Under the pieces are notes generated by a model, which saw nothing but the letters and a program-made list of their open reading frames with translations, was not told the DNA's origin and made no database searches. A DNA stretch of 64,000 bases, taken from NCBI RefSeq assembly GCF_018350175.1, contig NC_058377.1, positions 30,566,001-30,630,000 on the forward strand, given 5' to 3'. This DNA is from Felis catus. Lineage: Eukaryota. Positions 51,952 to 63,284 of this stretch are shown here, piece after piece (the stretch's first letter is position 1; each line of letters opens with the position of its first letter). The position numbers were made by a program, and so were the translations under genes.

Positions 51952-53935
51952 AGGGCATCTGGATGCCTCAGTTGGGTAAGCCTCTGACATCTCACTGTTT
52001 CATGAGTTCAAGCCTTGCATTGGGCCCTCTTCTATCAGCACAGAGCCGTATTCAGATCCTCTGTCCCTCCTCTCTCTCTGCCCCTCCCGCACTCATGTGC
52101 ATTCCCTCTCTCTCACAAAAATAAAGAAACATTAAAAAAAAGTAAGCTGGCAAAATTAGATTTTGGCTTTCTCGTTGGCGTTTTGGTCTGCTTTTGATAA
52201 CAGGTCATGAAAGTTTCTTTACCTTTTAAATGATCTGCCTAGAAAACAAAGATTTTATGTTTTATCAAATTAATTTACTGTGTTTACTGTCTCTATCAGG
52301 TCTTTCATTACTTAGGAAAACGGAATCATCTTAATATTAAAAGAACTGGGGAGCCTTGGTGGCTCAGTTGGTTGAATGCCCAACTCTTGATTTCTGCTCA
52401 GGTCATGATCCCAGGGTCATGAGAGATCCTCTCTCTCCCTCTGCCCCTGTCCCTTGCTCACACTCTAAAAATAAAATAAATCTTTAAAAAAATTAAAAGA
52501 ACTAAGTTTTGTTAATAGATAATGATGTATTAAGTTTCATAAAAATCTATGATTCTCTGCAACTAAGTTCTTTAAAACCATATATATGGGTTTTTGTCTA
52601 TTTGTGTGTTTGTTTTTACAAACTTCTCAAAACCAAATTCTAAATGAAGTATTTTTGGTCTGGAAGGCACTTTGGGATTTTTTTAGAGGGGCCCTGGAAT
52701 ATTCCAAAGTGTTTGTTAAACTGATTAGGTTTGTCTGATATGTTAAATTATATGGGAAACTGTCTCATAAGAAGTAATACTAAGCCTTCTTTATGTTGTT
52801 TTTGTATAGGTATATAAATGTTCTACAAATTACATAAAATTCCTAGAAATCTGATATGTTCTGCTATAATGTTATCTCTTGTATGTCTAACTATTATCTT
52901 AAAATGCTGTCTTATATCCTTTGGGACCCCAATTAAAAAAAGGGCAACAAGGGGCTCCTGGGTGGCTCAGTCGGTTGGGCGTCCGACTTCGGCTCAGGTC
53001 ATGATCTCGCGGTCCGTGAGTTCGAGCCCCACGTCGGGCTCTGTGCTGACAGCTCAGAGCCTGGAGCCTGTTTCAGATTCTGTGTCTCCCTCTCTCTCTG
53101 TCTCAAAAATGCTCTGTCTCTCTCTGTCTCAAAAATGAATAAACGTTAAAAAAAATTAAAAAAAAAAAAAGGGCAACAAGTAAATGGTATTACTGGAGTT
53201 CTTTTACTTTCTGAAATTGCTGTCATTAAAACTGAGGCTTACACTAAAAGGACAGAGCCTGAGTATCAGGGAAATCTATAAAAGGGAAACTGAGACAAGA
53301 TGAACAGGCCTTTGGACTATGGTTCTTGCAATTTCCATCTGAGCCCCCTTAGTGTCCCAGTGCTCCTGTCACTATCCTGTAATTCTTTGACCCACAACAG
53401 GGTCGAAACACATAAATCTGTCCAAATAAAATGCTGCATATAGGGAGGGGGAAAAAAGATTGTGGCACATGTGAATGAAGTCTATTCTGCGTCTGCAAAA
53501 AATCGCCCCTCAATGCCAGACTTTTGCCATCCTGATGTCCCTGTAGCATGGCAACAGTCTGCTCCTGAATCAGAGAAACAGGTTGGTAAATAATAGCTGT
53601 AAATTGGGGTGCTTGGCCAGCTTGGTTGGGGGAGTGTGCAACTCTTGATCTCAGGGTTATGGGTTAGGGCCCTATGCTGGGTGAAGAGATTACTCGAAAA
53701 TAAAAGCTCTAGGGGTGCCTGGGTGGCTCAGTCAGTTAAGCATCTGACTCTTGATTTCGGCTCAGGCATGATCACAAGGTCATGGGATTGAGCCTCATGT
53801 CAGGCTCCGCACTGGCAATGTGGAGCCTGCTTGGGATTCTCTCTTTCCCTCTCTCTCTCTCTCTCTTCACTTCTCCTTCTTGTGTGCATGTCCATGCATG
53901 CTCTCTGTCAAAATAAATAAATAAACATTTTTTTA
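51952..53935 (+). mobile_element. Five Can-SINEs within the ERV internal region (~51952-52140, 52348-52495, 52951-53170, 53606-53705, 53712-53935)
   Basis: SINE heads and tails; TSDs such as attaaaagaact and aaaaaagggcaacaag. Confidence 0.9.
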
Positions 53936-54059
53936 AAAATCTGTAAAATCATAATATCTGTAAATTAAACAGTCAGAACCATGGTAAACCCAAGATGGCT
54001 GCTTGGTTCTTCTTGGCTCCCTATCAAATCCAATTTATTTGTTTTTGTATTTTTTCACT

Positions 54060-55285
54060 CACTTTTGCATTTAAGATGACTCAAATTATGAATTGACATT
54101 GGTGGGGAGACTTCTACAAAATTGTGAAAACAGTCTATCAGCAGGCTGGCCTGTCAGGTCCTTTATCCTGGAAACAATATTTTTGTCCCTAGAGGCCTCA
54201 GACCTCTCTATGGATCCTTTGAACACCTACAGTGAAACTTCATTCAACTGCCACTTAGTCTAGGTTTTCAATATGCTCCTGTTATTGTGTGTGTGTGTGT
54301 GTTTTCTTTTTTAAAGGTTTTTAAGTTTATTTATTTATTTTGAGAAACAGAGCACAAGCAGGGGAAGGTCAGACAGAGGGAGAGACAGAATCCCAAGCAG
54401 GTTCTGCACCATCAGCACAGAGCCCAATGTGGGGCTCAAACTCACAAACTGTGAGATCTTGACCTAAGCCGAGACCAAGAGTTGGATGCTTAACTGACTG
54501 TGCCACCCAGGTGCCCCGTGTGTGTGTGTTTTTTTCCATATGGATTGAAGCTTTCCCCTGCCACAAAGCTAATGCCCCTCAGTGGCAAAGAAGCTGTTGG
54601 GTTTCCCACTTGGGGTATACCTTCCATGAGCTCCAATGATCAAGACACTCACATCACTGGGTAAATCATACAAGCCTTAATGAAAGCCTTGCAAACTTCT
54701 TACAATTAACACTGCCCCTATCACTCTCAACTATAAGGCAAGGCCAAAAGAACTAATGGGATCCTAAACTTAAATTTTTTAAACCTGCAGTAACTACTGG
54801 ACTTCCCTGGTCCAAGGCATTGCCTTTGGTCTTATTGACTATATGCAGTACTCACTCTGGGAAACATAAACTCACTCTGTATGAGATAGCCACTGATAGG
54901 CCAATATCTGTTGGTATACAACCTTCTGCTGATCACTTGTCTCATGCTAGTATGGCAAGCTACTGGGAGGCTCTAATGTTTTATGCTCAAGCCTGTCATC
55001 AACAGGTTAAAGAAGGCTTCCTAGATCCCAGTTCGAAGGATCCTGTTGGCTATAATGTAGGGCCTGATGACTGGGTTTTCTGGAAACGTTATCAAGAAGA
55101 CAGCCCTCAAGTCCCATTGGAAGGAAGCTTACCAAGTGCCCCTGGACACTGTCATTGCTGCAAAACTGGAAGGTATTAAGCTTTGGATGCACATCTCATA
55201 GCTAAAGAAGGCCCCACCTGACAGCTGATTCTGTACAGACACGGGACCTCTGAATCAAACTGACCAAGAAGAGAAATAGTTGACA
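54060..55285 (+). pseudogene. pol: pol integrase relic interrupted by a SINE
   Basis: FEHLQ*NFIQLP...WIEAFPCHKA...FPTWGIP...HCPYHSQL*GKAKRTNGIL...GPDDWVFWKR: gamma-type integrase core and C-terminal region. Confidence 0.88.
54305..54517 (-). mobile_element. Can-SINE inside integrase
   Basis: TSD gtgtgtgtgtgtttt. Confidence 0.93.
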
Positions 55286-55339
55286 TTGAAGTAGACTGTT
55301 TTCACCCAAGAAGATAAAACAAGACTTCATACTTTAAGC

Positions 55340-56245
55340 CCAAAACCCTTTATCCTTCTTTTTCTTTCCCTTACTCTGACACTGGCCTAGAAAGATAATG
55401 CCCTCATCTGTATCATTTCAGGCTAGGATAAAATGTAATCATATCTCAAACTTCTCACAAAGCAAAGACATTGCATTGACAAAGGCCTCTGAATTTACAT
55501 TTTCAAGTTGGAAGAGAGCAGCAGAAGTTTGTATATGAAGGCTTTCGTGATTCAGGATTCACTCCTTTTGGCAGGACTCTCCTTCCCTGGCTAGGAATAA
55601 ATATAAATGAGGCTTTGATCAGGAACTTCTCCTTAATTCTTTTTTTTTTTTTTTAATGTTTATTTGCTTAGTCTGAGAGAGAGAACATGGGTGTGAGTTC
55701 ATGCAAGTGGGGGAGGGGCACAGAGAAGAGAGAGAGAATCCTAGCCTCCATGCTATCAGTGCAGAGCCCAACTTGGAGTTTGATCCTACAAATCGTGAGG
55801 TCATGACCTGAGCTGAAACCAAGAATCAGATGCTTAACCAACTGAACCATGCAGGCACACTGAGGAACTTCTCCTTAATTCTTATTGCAGAATCTGCTGC
55901 TGAAGTAATAGCAGCCCAACAAAGTTCCCTAGACTCTCTGGTCAATGTTCTTCTGGATAATAGGATAGCCCCTGATTATCTTTTATCTGAGCAAAGAGGT
56001 ACCTATGCTATGGCCATCTGCTATACCTTGATCAACACTTTTGAGGAGGTTGGAAACCCCATTACATAAGATCACTGAGCAGCCGTTTGGCCTGAAGGAG
56101 TGATTCCTTTAAACAAGATCTTTTTTTGACTTATTTGATTTTGATTGCTTTGGGTTTGGGGGACAATGGCTTCAAAGTACACTCCAAATATTGGGAATTA
56201 TCCTGCCTATGATCTCCCTGGTGTGTTATATCATCTCAAAAGCTT
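55340..56245 (+). pseudogene. env: env relic (TM subunit; SU largely deleted); continues after 57910
   Basis: IAAQQSSLDSLVNVLLDNRIAPDYLLSEQRG...CYTLINT: heptad repeat plus immunosuppressive domain (canonical LDNRIALDYLLAEQGG), decayed CX6CC. Confidence 0.9.
55642..55860 (-). mobile_element. Can-SINE inside env
   Basis: TSD aggaacttctccttaattctt at 55621 and 55863. Confidence 0.93.
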
Positions 56246-56247
56246 TA

Positions 56248-57644
56248 TTTATTTTTTTAATTTTTTATATGAAATTTATTGACAAATTGGTTTCCATACA
56301 ACACCCAGTGCTCATCCCAAAAGGTGCCCTCCTTAATACCCATCACCCACCCTCTCCTCCCTCCCACCCCCCATCAACCCTCAGTTTGTTCTCAGTTTTT
56401 AACAGTCTCTTATGCTTTGGCTCTCTCACACTCTAACCTCTTTTTTTTTTTTTTCCCTTCCCCTCCCCCATGGGTTCCTGTTAAGTTTCTCAGGATCCAC
56501 ATAAGAGTGAAACCATATGGTATCTGTCTTTCTCTGTATGGCTTATTTCACTTAGCATCACACTCTCCAGTTCCATCCACGTTGCTACAAAAGGCCATAT
56601 TTCATTTTTTCTCATTGCCACGTAGTATTCCATTGTGTATATAAACCACAATTTCTTTATCCATTCATCAGTTGATGGACATTTAGGCTCTTTCCATAAT
56701 TTGGCTATTGTTGAGAGTGCTGCTATGAACATTGGGGTACAAGTGGCCCTATGCATCAGTACTCCTGTATCCCTTGGATAAATTCCTAGCAGTGCTATTG
56801 CTGGGTCATAGGGTAGGTCTATTTTTAATTTTCTGAGGAACCTCCACACTGCTTTCCAGAGCGGCTGCACCAATTTGCATTCCCACCAACAGTGCAAGAG
56901 AGTTCCCGTTTCTCCACATCCTCTCCAGCATCTAGAGTCTCCTGATTTGTTCATTTTGGCCACTCTGACTGGCGNNNNNNNNNNNNNNNNNNNNNNNNNN
57001 NNNNNNNNNNNNNNNNNNNNNNNNNNNNNNNNNNNNNNNNNNNNNNNNNNNNNNNNNNNNNNNNNNNNNNNNNNNNNNNNNNNNNNNNNNNNNNNNNNNN
57101 NNNNNNTCTTCACTGGGTTATTTGTTTTTCGGGTGTGGGGTTTGGTGAGCTCTTTATAGATTTTGGATACTAGCCCTTTGTCCGATGTCATTTGCGAATA
57201 TCTTTTCCCATTCCGTTGGTTGCCTTTTAGTTTTGTTGGTTGTTTCCTTTGCTGTGCAGAAGCTTTTTATCTTCATAAGGTCCCAGTAATTCACTTTTGC
57301 TTTTAATTCCCTTGCCTTTGGGGATGTGTCGCGTAAGAGATTGCTACGGCTGAGGTCAGAGAGGTCTTTTCCTGCTTTCTCCTCTAAGGTTTTGATGGTT
57401 TCCTGTCTCACATTTAGGTCCTTTATCCATTTTGAGTTTATTTTTGTGAATGGTGTGAGAAAGTGGTCTAGTTTCAACCTTCTGCATGTTGCTGTCCAGT
57501 TCTCCCAGCACCATTTGTTAAAGAGGCTGTCTTTTTTCCATTGGATGTTCTTTCCTGCTTTGTCAAAGATGAGTTGGCCATACGTTTGTGGGTCTAGTTC
57601 TGGAGTTTCTATTCTATTCCATTGGTCTATGTGTCTGTTTTTGT
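56248..57644 (-). mobile_element. Young felid L1, 5'-truncated (ORF2 C-terminal part and 3'UTR)
   Basis: ORFs 57154-57477 and 56490-57191 give near-intact ORF2 ([21 protein letters not shown]...[13 protein letters not shown]...) with one frameshift near 57185. Confidence 0.97.
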
Positions 57645-57909
57645 ATTTTTTTTTAATTTTTTAATGTTTATTTATTTTTGACACAGAGAGAGAGACAGAG
57701 CATGAGTGGGGGAGGGGCAGAAAGAGAGGGAGACACAGAATCCAAAGCAGGCTGCAGGCTCGAGCTGTCAGCACAGAGCCCCACGCGGGGCTCGAACTCA
57801 CAGACTATGAGATCATGACCTGAGCCAAAGTCACTCAACCGAACTCACAGACTATGAGATCATGACCTGAGCCAAAGTCACTCAACCGACTGAGCCACCC
57901 AGGCGCCCC
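57645..57909 (-). mobile_element. Can-SINE with internal 47-bp tandem duplication, abutting the L1
   Basis: Ends gagccacccaggcgcccc; 57794-57840 is identical to 57841-57887. Confidence 0.95.
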
Positions 57910-58194
57910 TCATCTCAAAAGCTTTAAATGCATGATCACAGCTGATAGCTACCAAGCGGATGATCTCCCTGAGACTAGAATGTTGGAGGAGAAGGAGCAT
58001 GACTGACTTAAGGATTGTGAACCCAGAGTTGTGATCTGAGAGTATCACAGGGATTAAGCAAAAAATCGTCATGACCTATGAATATCACACAGAGGATCAG
58101 TGAAAAACCATCAGAACCACAGAGCAGTAGCTGAGAGTGGCACTAGTGCCTTAATTTGTGATCACACCTCTTAGGCTGACCAAAAGAGGGCAAT

Positions 58195-58564
58195 TATTAC
58201 AAAACAGACAGGCCCAAAATAGAGCCATCGGCCCTCACAATAGCAAACCAAGACTTAATTACAGTTTCAATCTCTCCCAGGAATGTGACCTTTAAAGAGT
58301 CAATCTGAAATTTCCTGATCAGCACTAGTGAGGTCATCTGCTCAATGAAAACTCTCATCCCTCTTCACAAAAGAGATGCCCTGGCCTGGAGCAAACCTTT
58401 CTTTTCTTTTGCTAATAACCTCTTGCCCTATCCTCCTGTATAAAAATTGTACAACTCCTTGGAGCATCTCTCTACTTGCTGGATGGGATGCTGCCTGATT
58501 CGTGAATGACTTAATAAAACCAATTAAATATTCAAATTTACTCAGCTGAATTTTTTTTTAAACA
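58195..58564 (+). mobile_element. 3' LTR preceded by a polypurine tract
   Basis: PPT aaaagaggg at ~58182; homologous to the 5' LTR; followed by TSD agac. Confidence 0.92.
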
Positions 58565-59699
58565 AGACAAAAATGTAAGTCAGAGAAAACAGAGAAAATG
58601 TAAGTCAGAGAAAGGAATATAAATAAGGAATGTTAACTTAGAAGTGGAAGAGGAGGAATAATAAAAGGAAAGAGAATCAAATCTGAGAAGTGATTGGGGA
58701 GAAAGAGGAGAGGGAGAGAACTTGAAGGCAAAAGAAATGAAGGAGGGCCAGAATGGCTCAGCAGGCATCTGAGAGTCCTGCTGCGCTGTGCCCACTGTGC
58801 CCAGCAGAGACCAGCCCAGCAGGACCTCAGGATGGCAGCTGGCTCATCTGTAATTTACAAGCACAAGCTCCCCTCAATCCTGATTAACAGGAATTAAGTG
58901 GCATATGACTAATCCTCCTTGCCACAGTAAATACTTTTCAGCCCCTGCATAGGGAACTAGGCAGCCTTTCTTATTCAGGAAGGAGGCTTCACCCAGCCTG
59001 GCATCCCAGGCACTGGCAGGGCTGGCTCTACTATCCATGTCTGCTGCAGGAGAGACTCCAACACGAGATTATCCAGCCAGCCAGCAGGAGAAGGAGAAAA
59101 TGAAGTGGCTGGAAAACTTTCTCTACCTCCTTGAAGAGAATAGTAGTCCTCTGCTTGTGTGCCATTTGCTTTTCCTTCTTCCAAAAGGCTTTTTTGTCTG
59201 CCATTTCACTTCAATAATCACAGAAAATCTGTAAGGGACAGAAGATATGTAATTGTCATGACAAAAAATTAGGAAAATAAATCCTAGAGAATTGAAAGGA
59301 ATTAACCAAGGGCTACTCAGTAGCCAAGTTTGGGTGTCCTTCCTCCCAGTCCGGCCTAATTTGTGGAAGATGGTGGCTGATTTGCTCGAAGAGTAACAAC
59401 AAACAAACAAACAAACAAAACAAAACAAAAAAAACAAACAAAAGGAAAAGGAGAAAGAATGGAAAAAGAGAAGAGGGAAAATGGGAAAGTGGAGAGGAAG
59501 AAAAAAAAGGAACAGGAAAAAGATGAATTTCTGACAGTGGCCGGAACACAGTAAGGTATACTGTGAGCCCCAATTGAGTGCTTTGTGCTTAAGGATTTGC
59601 TCAGCTTTATAATTGAGCTGGTTATGGAATCCTGGACTGACTTCTCATTTCCCTCCACACTTTGAAGCTATTATTCCATTTTGTTCCCGGCTCTGCTAT

Positions 59700-60980
59700 C
59701 ATTATTGCTGTTTCCTTGTAAATAGCCTACCTTTTCAACATAACTAGTGTTGAGATTTTTCTTTTAGTTTGGGGTTCTAATATTTCACTCTATTATGTCT
59801 AGGAATGACTCATGTGGCTAGGGGTGACTAAACAAAATGAGAGCTTTTTTTATCATGGGATGTTGTGTTTAGGATAGCTTCTTCAAACTAGGGATTTATG
59901 ACATCAATTCTAAAACATTCTGAGCCATTACTTCCTAAATGACTGCCTTTTCCTTGTTCTCACTTTATTCCTACACAACTTTTATTCTGTTTTACACGTC
60001 TCTTAACATCTTTTTCATATTTTCATGTCTTTACTTCTCTGTGCCTCATCCTTGGTAATTTTCTAAGATCTAACTTTCATTTCACTAATTTTTTTTCAGT
60101 CAGCTATTAATTCATCCACTGAAGTTTTTTTTTTCCCCAGATGTTTCATTTTTTAGAAATTCCATATGACTCTTTTCCTTATCTGCTTATTCTTTTCCAG
60201 CATCCTTTTATTTCTGTTTTCTAGTCCTTTTATCTCTCTAAACTTTGTAAGCCTACTTATTTTATTATCTCTTTTGGGTTGTTTCATTGTCTCAAGATTT
60301 GGAGGTGCTGATTCTCCGGCTTGTTTTGTGTGTTGACTCTGCCTGTGGCAAGTGATTTCCTCCTGGGGTTTGTACACTTACTGTTAAAGTCTTCATTAGG
60401 GATTGTTTTATTCTGTGGGGGCCCTGTATGTTCTCAGGACATGCCAGGAAGAGCTGTGTATTTGCTTCTACCGGTTGGTCCAAAGGTTTCCTCCATGACT
60501 ATGGTAACAAAAAAGAAAAGGAAAAGGTTTTACATTAATTTTGGGGTTTGAGGACTTCCATCCCATGAGATAAAGTTAAGTCACATCACACACCAGAATA
60601 TGACATAGGTCTGGAAGTTTGAGTTTCTCCTAGGAAACTGATTTCTTTCTTCCCCAGAGCCTTAGGGCAGAAACCAATGGATGGAGATTTTTTTCTAGCC
60701 ATCTTTCCCTGACAGAACAGGATTTCAGTTCCAAAGCCCTGCTTCCAGTGGGTCGTAGGACATGCCCCCTCATGCACATGGGTGTTAATGGCTCCCCCAG
60801 TTCTAGGGCTCCCTCCTCCTGCTGTTCACACCACCAAGGCTCATGGTTAAAGCTTTTGTCTTTAAATTCCTCCCTGTTACTGTCACTTGAGGATTTATTG
60901 CTTTACTTCAAGCTCAATATGCATTTTAATTTTTCTGTTATACTCTATTCAGAATTTCCCTGCATGGTTCAGTAAAGCAG
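59700..60980 (-). mobile_element. Very old L1 (L1M-type) fragment
   Basis: T-rich antisense L1-like sequence; family and limits uncertain. Confidence 0.55.
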
Positions 60981-61376
60981 TAGATATCCATACCAGCTCA
61001 TTCTGTGAGTTACTAGACCCCTAAGGCATAATTATTTTTGTTCCTGTCTCTCCCACTGGACTGTGGGCTCCATGAAGAAAGAAACTGTGCCCTTATTATC
61101 TCTGGTTCCTAACTCGTACAAGAACATACACAATATAATGTGTGCTAGATGGAAAATTAAATGACAGAAGGTGATTCCCAAGGTTATACAGTTTTTCTAG
61201 ATCTCCTCAATCTGGAAGAAGGTGACGATTTCCTCAATCATTCNNNNNNNNNNNNNNNNNNNNNNNNNNNNNNNNNNNNNNNNNNNNNNNNNNNNNNNNN
61301 NNNNNNNNNNNNNNNNNNNNNNNNNNNNNNNNNNNNNNNNNNNNNNNNNNNNNNNNNNNNNNNNNNNNNNNNNNNN

Positions 61377-61446
61377 TGGGCCTTGAATTCATGACCCTGA
61401 GATTAGGAATCACATGCTCCACCAACTGAGCCATCCAGGTGCCCCA
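61377..61446 (-). mobile_element. Can-SINE 5' part (remainder in the gap)
   Basis: 'caactgagccatccaggtgcccc'. Confidence 0.85.
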
Positions 61447-62082
61447 GCACAAGGACATTCTTTTGTTCTGAAAATCTTTGTGGGAGATTCTGTAACATAT
61501 GTCCTGTGATACCTATGTAAGTGTGTTTTACTTAACATTCTAACATGTTTATTAAGCAACCACTATGCAGTTGGCCCTTAGGAGGACAAATGTAGAGATA
61601 TACCACAAGCCCTGCACTGAGCTCATGGTCCTCCAATTGCAGAATATGATGTGGAAAGCATAATTATCACATGTGTTTTGCAACATTGATAGTTGCATTT
61701 GCCATGATTTTATTCATGGAGAAGACTAAGTTTATTTGGAAGAAAGTGTTTACTAGGCCTATTTGGGAGAGTAGCTAAGGCTCCAAAGAACTTGAGAATA
61801 GAAGAAACTGCTCTGAGGCAGACAAGGATAGCATTTTTCTGGTTGAGCTAGAGGGAGAGTGAGGGAGAGGAGAGAAGACAGGGAGAGGGTGAAAGCCTCA
61901 GTGCTTCATGGTGTCATGAGAATGGTACAACACTCCTGAGCCTATACGCCATGTAGTTAAGAACAAAAACATTTCTACAGAATTGTAATGAAATTATGAG
62001 AAATCCATAATCATAGTGTAATATTTAACAAATCTTTCCCAGAAATTACTAGCTACATTTTTTTAAAAAAGGCAAAAATATT

Positions 62083-62305
62083 GTGGTGCCTGGGTGGTTC
62101 AGTTGGTTAAGAGTCTTACTTTGGCTCAGGTCATGATCTCACAGTCTGTGAGTTGGAGCCCCACGTCAGGCTCTGTGCTGACAGCTCAGGAGTTGGGAGC
62201 TTGCTTCGGATTCTGTGTGTGTCTCTCTCTGCACCAACCCCATTTGCACTCTGTCTCTCCCTCTCTCTCCCTCAAAAATAAATAACATTAAACAACGTTT
62301 TTTTT
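62083..62305 (+). mobile_element. Can-SINE
   Basis: TSD ggcaaaaatattg. Confidence 0.95.
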
Positions 62306-62319
62306 AAGAGGCAAAAATA

Positions 62320-62678
62320 TTGAAGTTTCAAGTAGCACAATAAAATTTAACTGAGTGGATATATAAAAGACCTTATACCTAACCATTAGAGAATACATTT
62401 TTTTAAGTAGGCAGGAAGCATTTAAAACAACTCACCCTCACTAAGCTGTAAAGTCACTCTCAGTGAATATGAAGCACTGATTTCACACAGACCTTGTTCT
62501 CTGGCCACCGTGCAATAAAACTAAAAGTCAGTAGGGGCACCTGGGGGGCTCAGTTAGGTGTCTGACTCTTGATTTTGGCTCAGGTCATGATCTCTTGGCT
62601 CATGAGATCGAGCCTGTGTGCTGAAGATGGGGCCTGCTTGGGATTCTCTCTCTCTCCCTCTCTCTCTGCCCCTCCCCT

Positions 62679-62723
<45 letters not shown>

Positions 62724-63000
62724 ATAAATAAATAAATACTAAAAAAAAACCCTAAAAGTCAGTAATGGCCACATAGTCCCCAGTCCCCAGATATTGAGAA
62801 ATTAATAAAGCAGACTTCTAAATGACAAATTGTCAAGTAGAAATCATATAGGACATTAGAAAATACTTGGAGACAAGTGACAACAAAGGCAAATATATAG
62901 CATAATTTTTTTGGGATGCAGATAATGCAGCATTTAGAAAGAAATTGTAGTCTCAAAGGTGTATATTAGAAAAGAAGGAGGGTGGAAAACTATTAAATTC
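62320..63000 (+). mobile_element. Old L1 ORF2 (endonuclease-region) fragment with a SINE at 62534-62750
   Basis: 'gaatacattttt..aagt', 'ttctctggccac..tgcaataaaacta', 'attagaaaatactt'; SINE TSD ctaaaagtcagta. Confidence 0.75.
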
Positions 63001-63128
63001 TAGAAGTCTGAAAACAACTACAGAGAAAATATGGCATTAGAATACAATGTGATAAAGTGTAAAATATATGCAAGCATAGTGTATTATGGAAGGACAGAGG
63101 AGGGGCACCTAAATCATCTTGGAGGGAG

Positions 63129-63284
63129 TGGGATTGAGCCCCATGTTGGGCTTTGTGCTGAGAGCATGGAGCCTGCTTGGGATTCTCTCTCTCTCCCTCT
63201 CACTCTGCCCTTCCCACCCCCCCAAATAAGTAAATAAACTTTTAAAAAAAGAATCATAGAATCCAGGTAATAGATTCTTTAAAA
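63129..63284 (+). mobile_element. 5'-truncated Can-SINE with extra 3' sequence, inside an L2
   Basis: TSD aaatcatcttggaRgga at 63111-63127 and 63285-63301. Confidence 0.85.

Larger units (their letters stand above)
46732..58564 (+). mobile_element. Degenerate ERV1-class (gammaretrovirus-like, MER4-group-like) provirus
   Basis: Paired LTRs, 4-bp TSD AGAC (46728-46731, 58565-58568), PBS, PPT, and gag/integrase/env relics in the correct order. Confidence 0.93.

Noticed and set aside
55340-56245. env as a co-opted syncytin-like gene
   Set aside because: SU is mostly missing, the ISD and CX6CC motifs are degraded, and the frame is broken by frameshifts plus SINE and L1 insertions.
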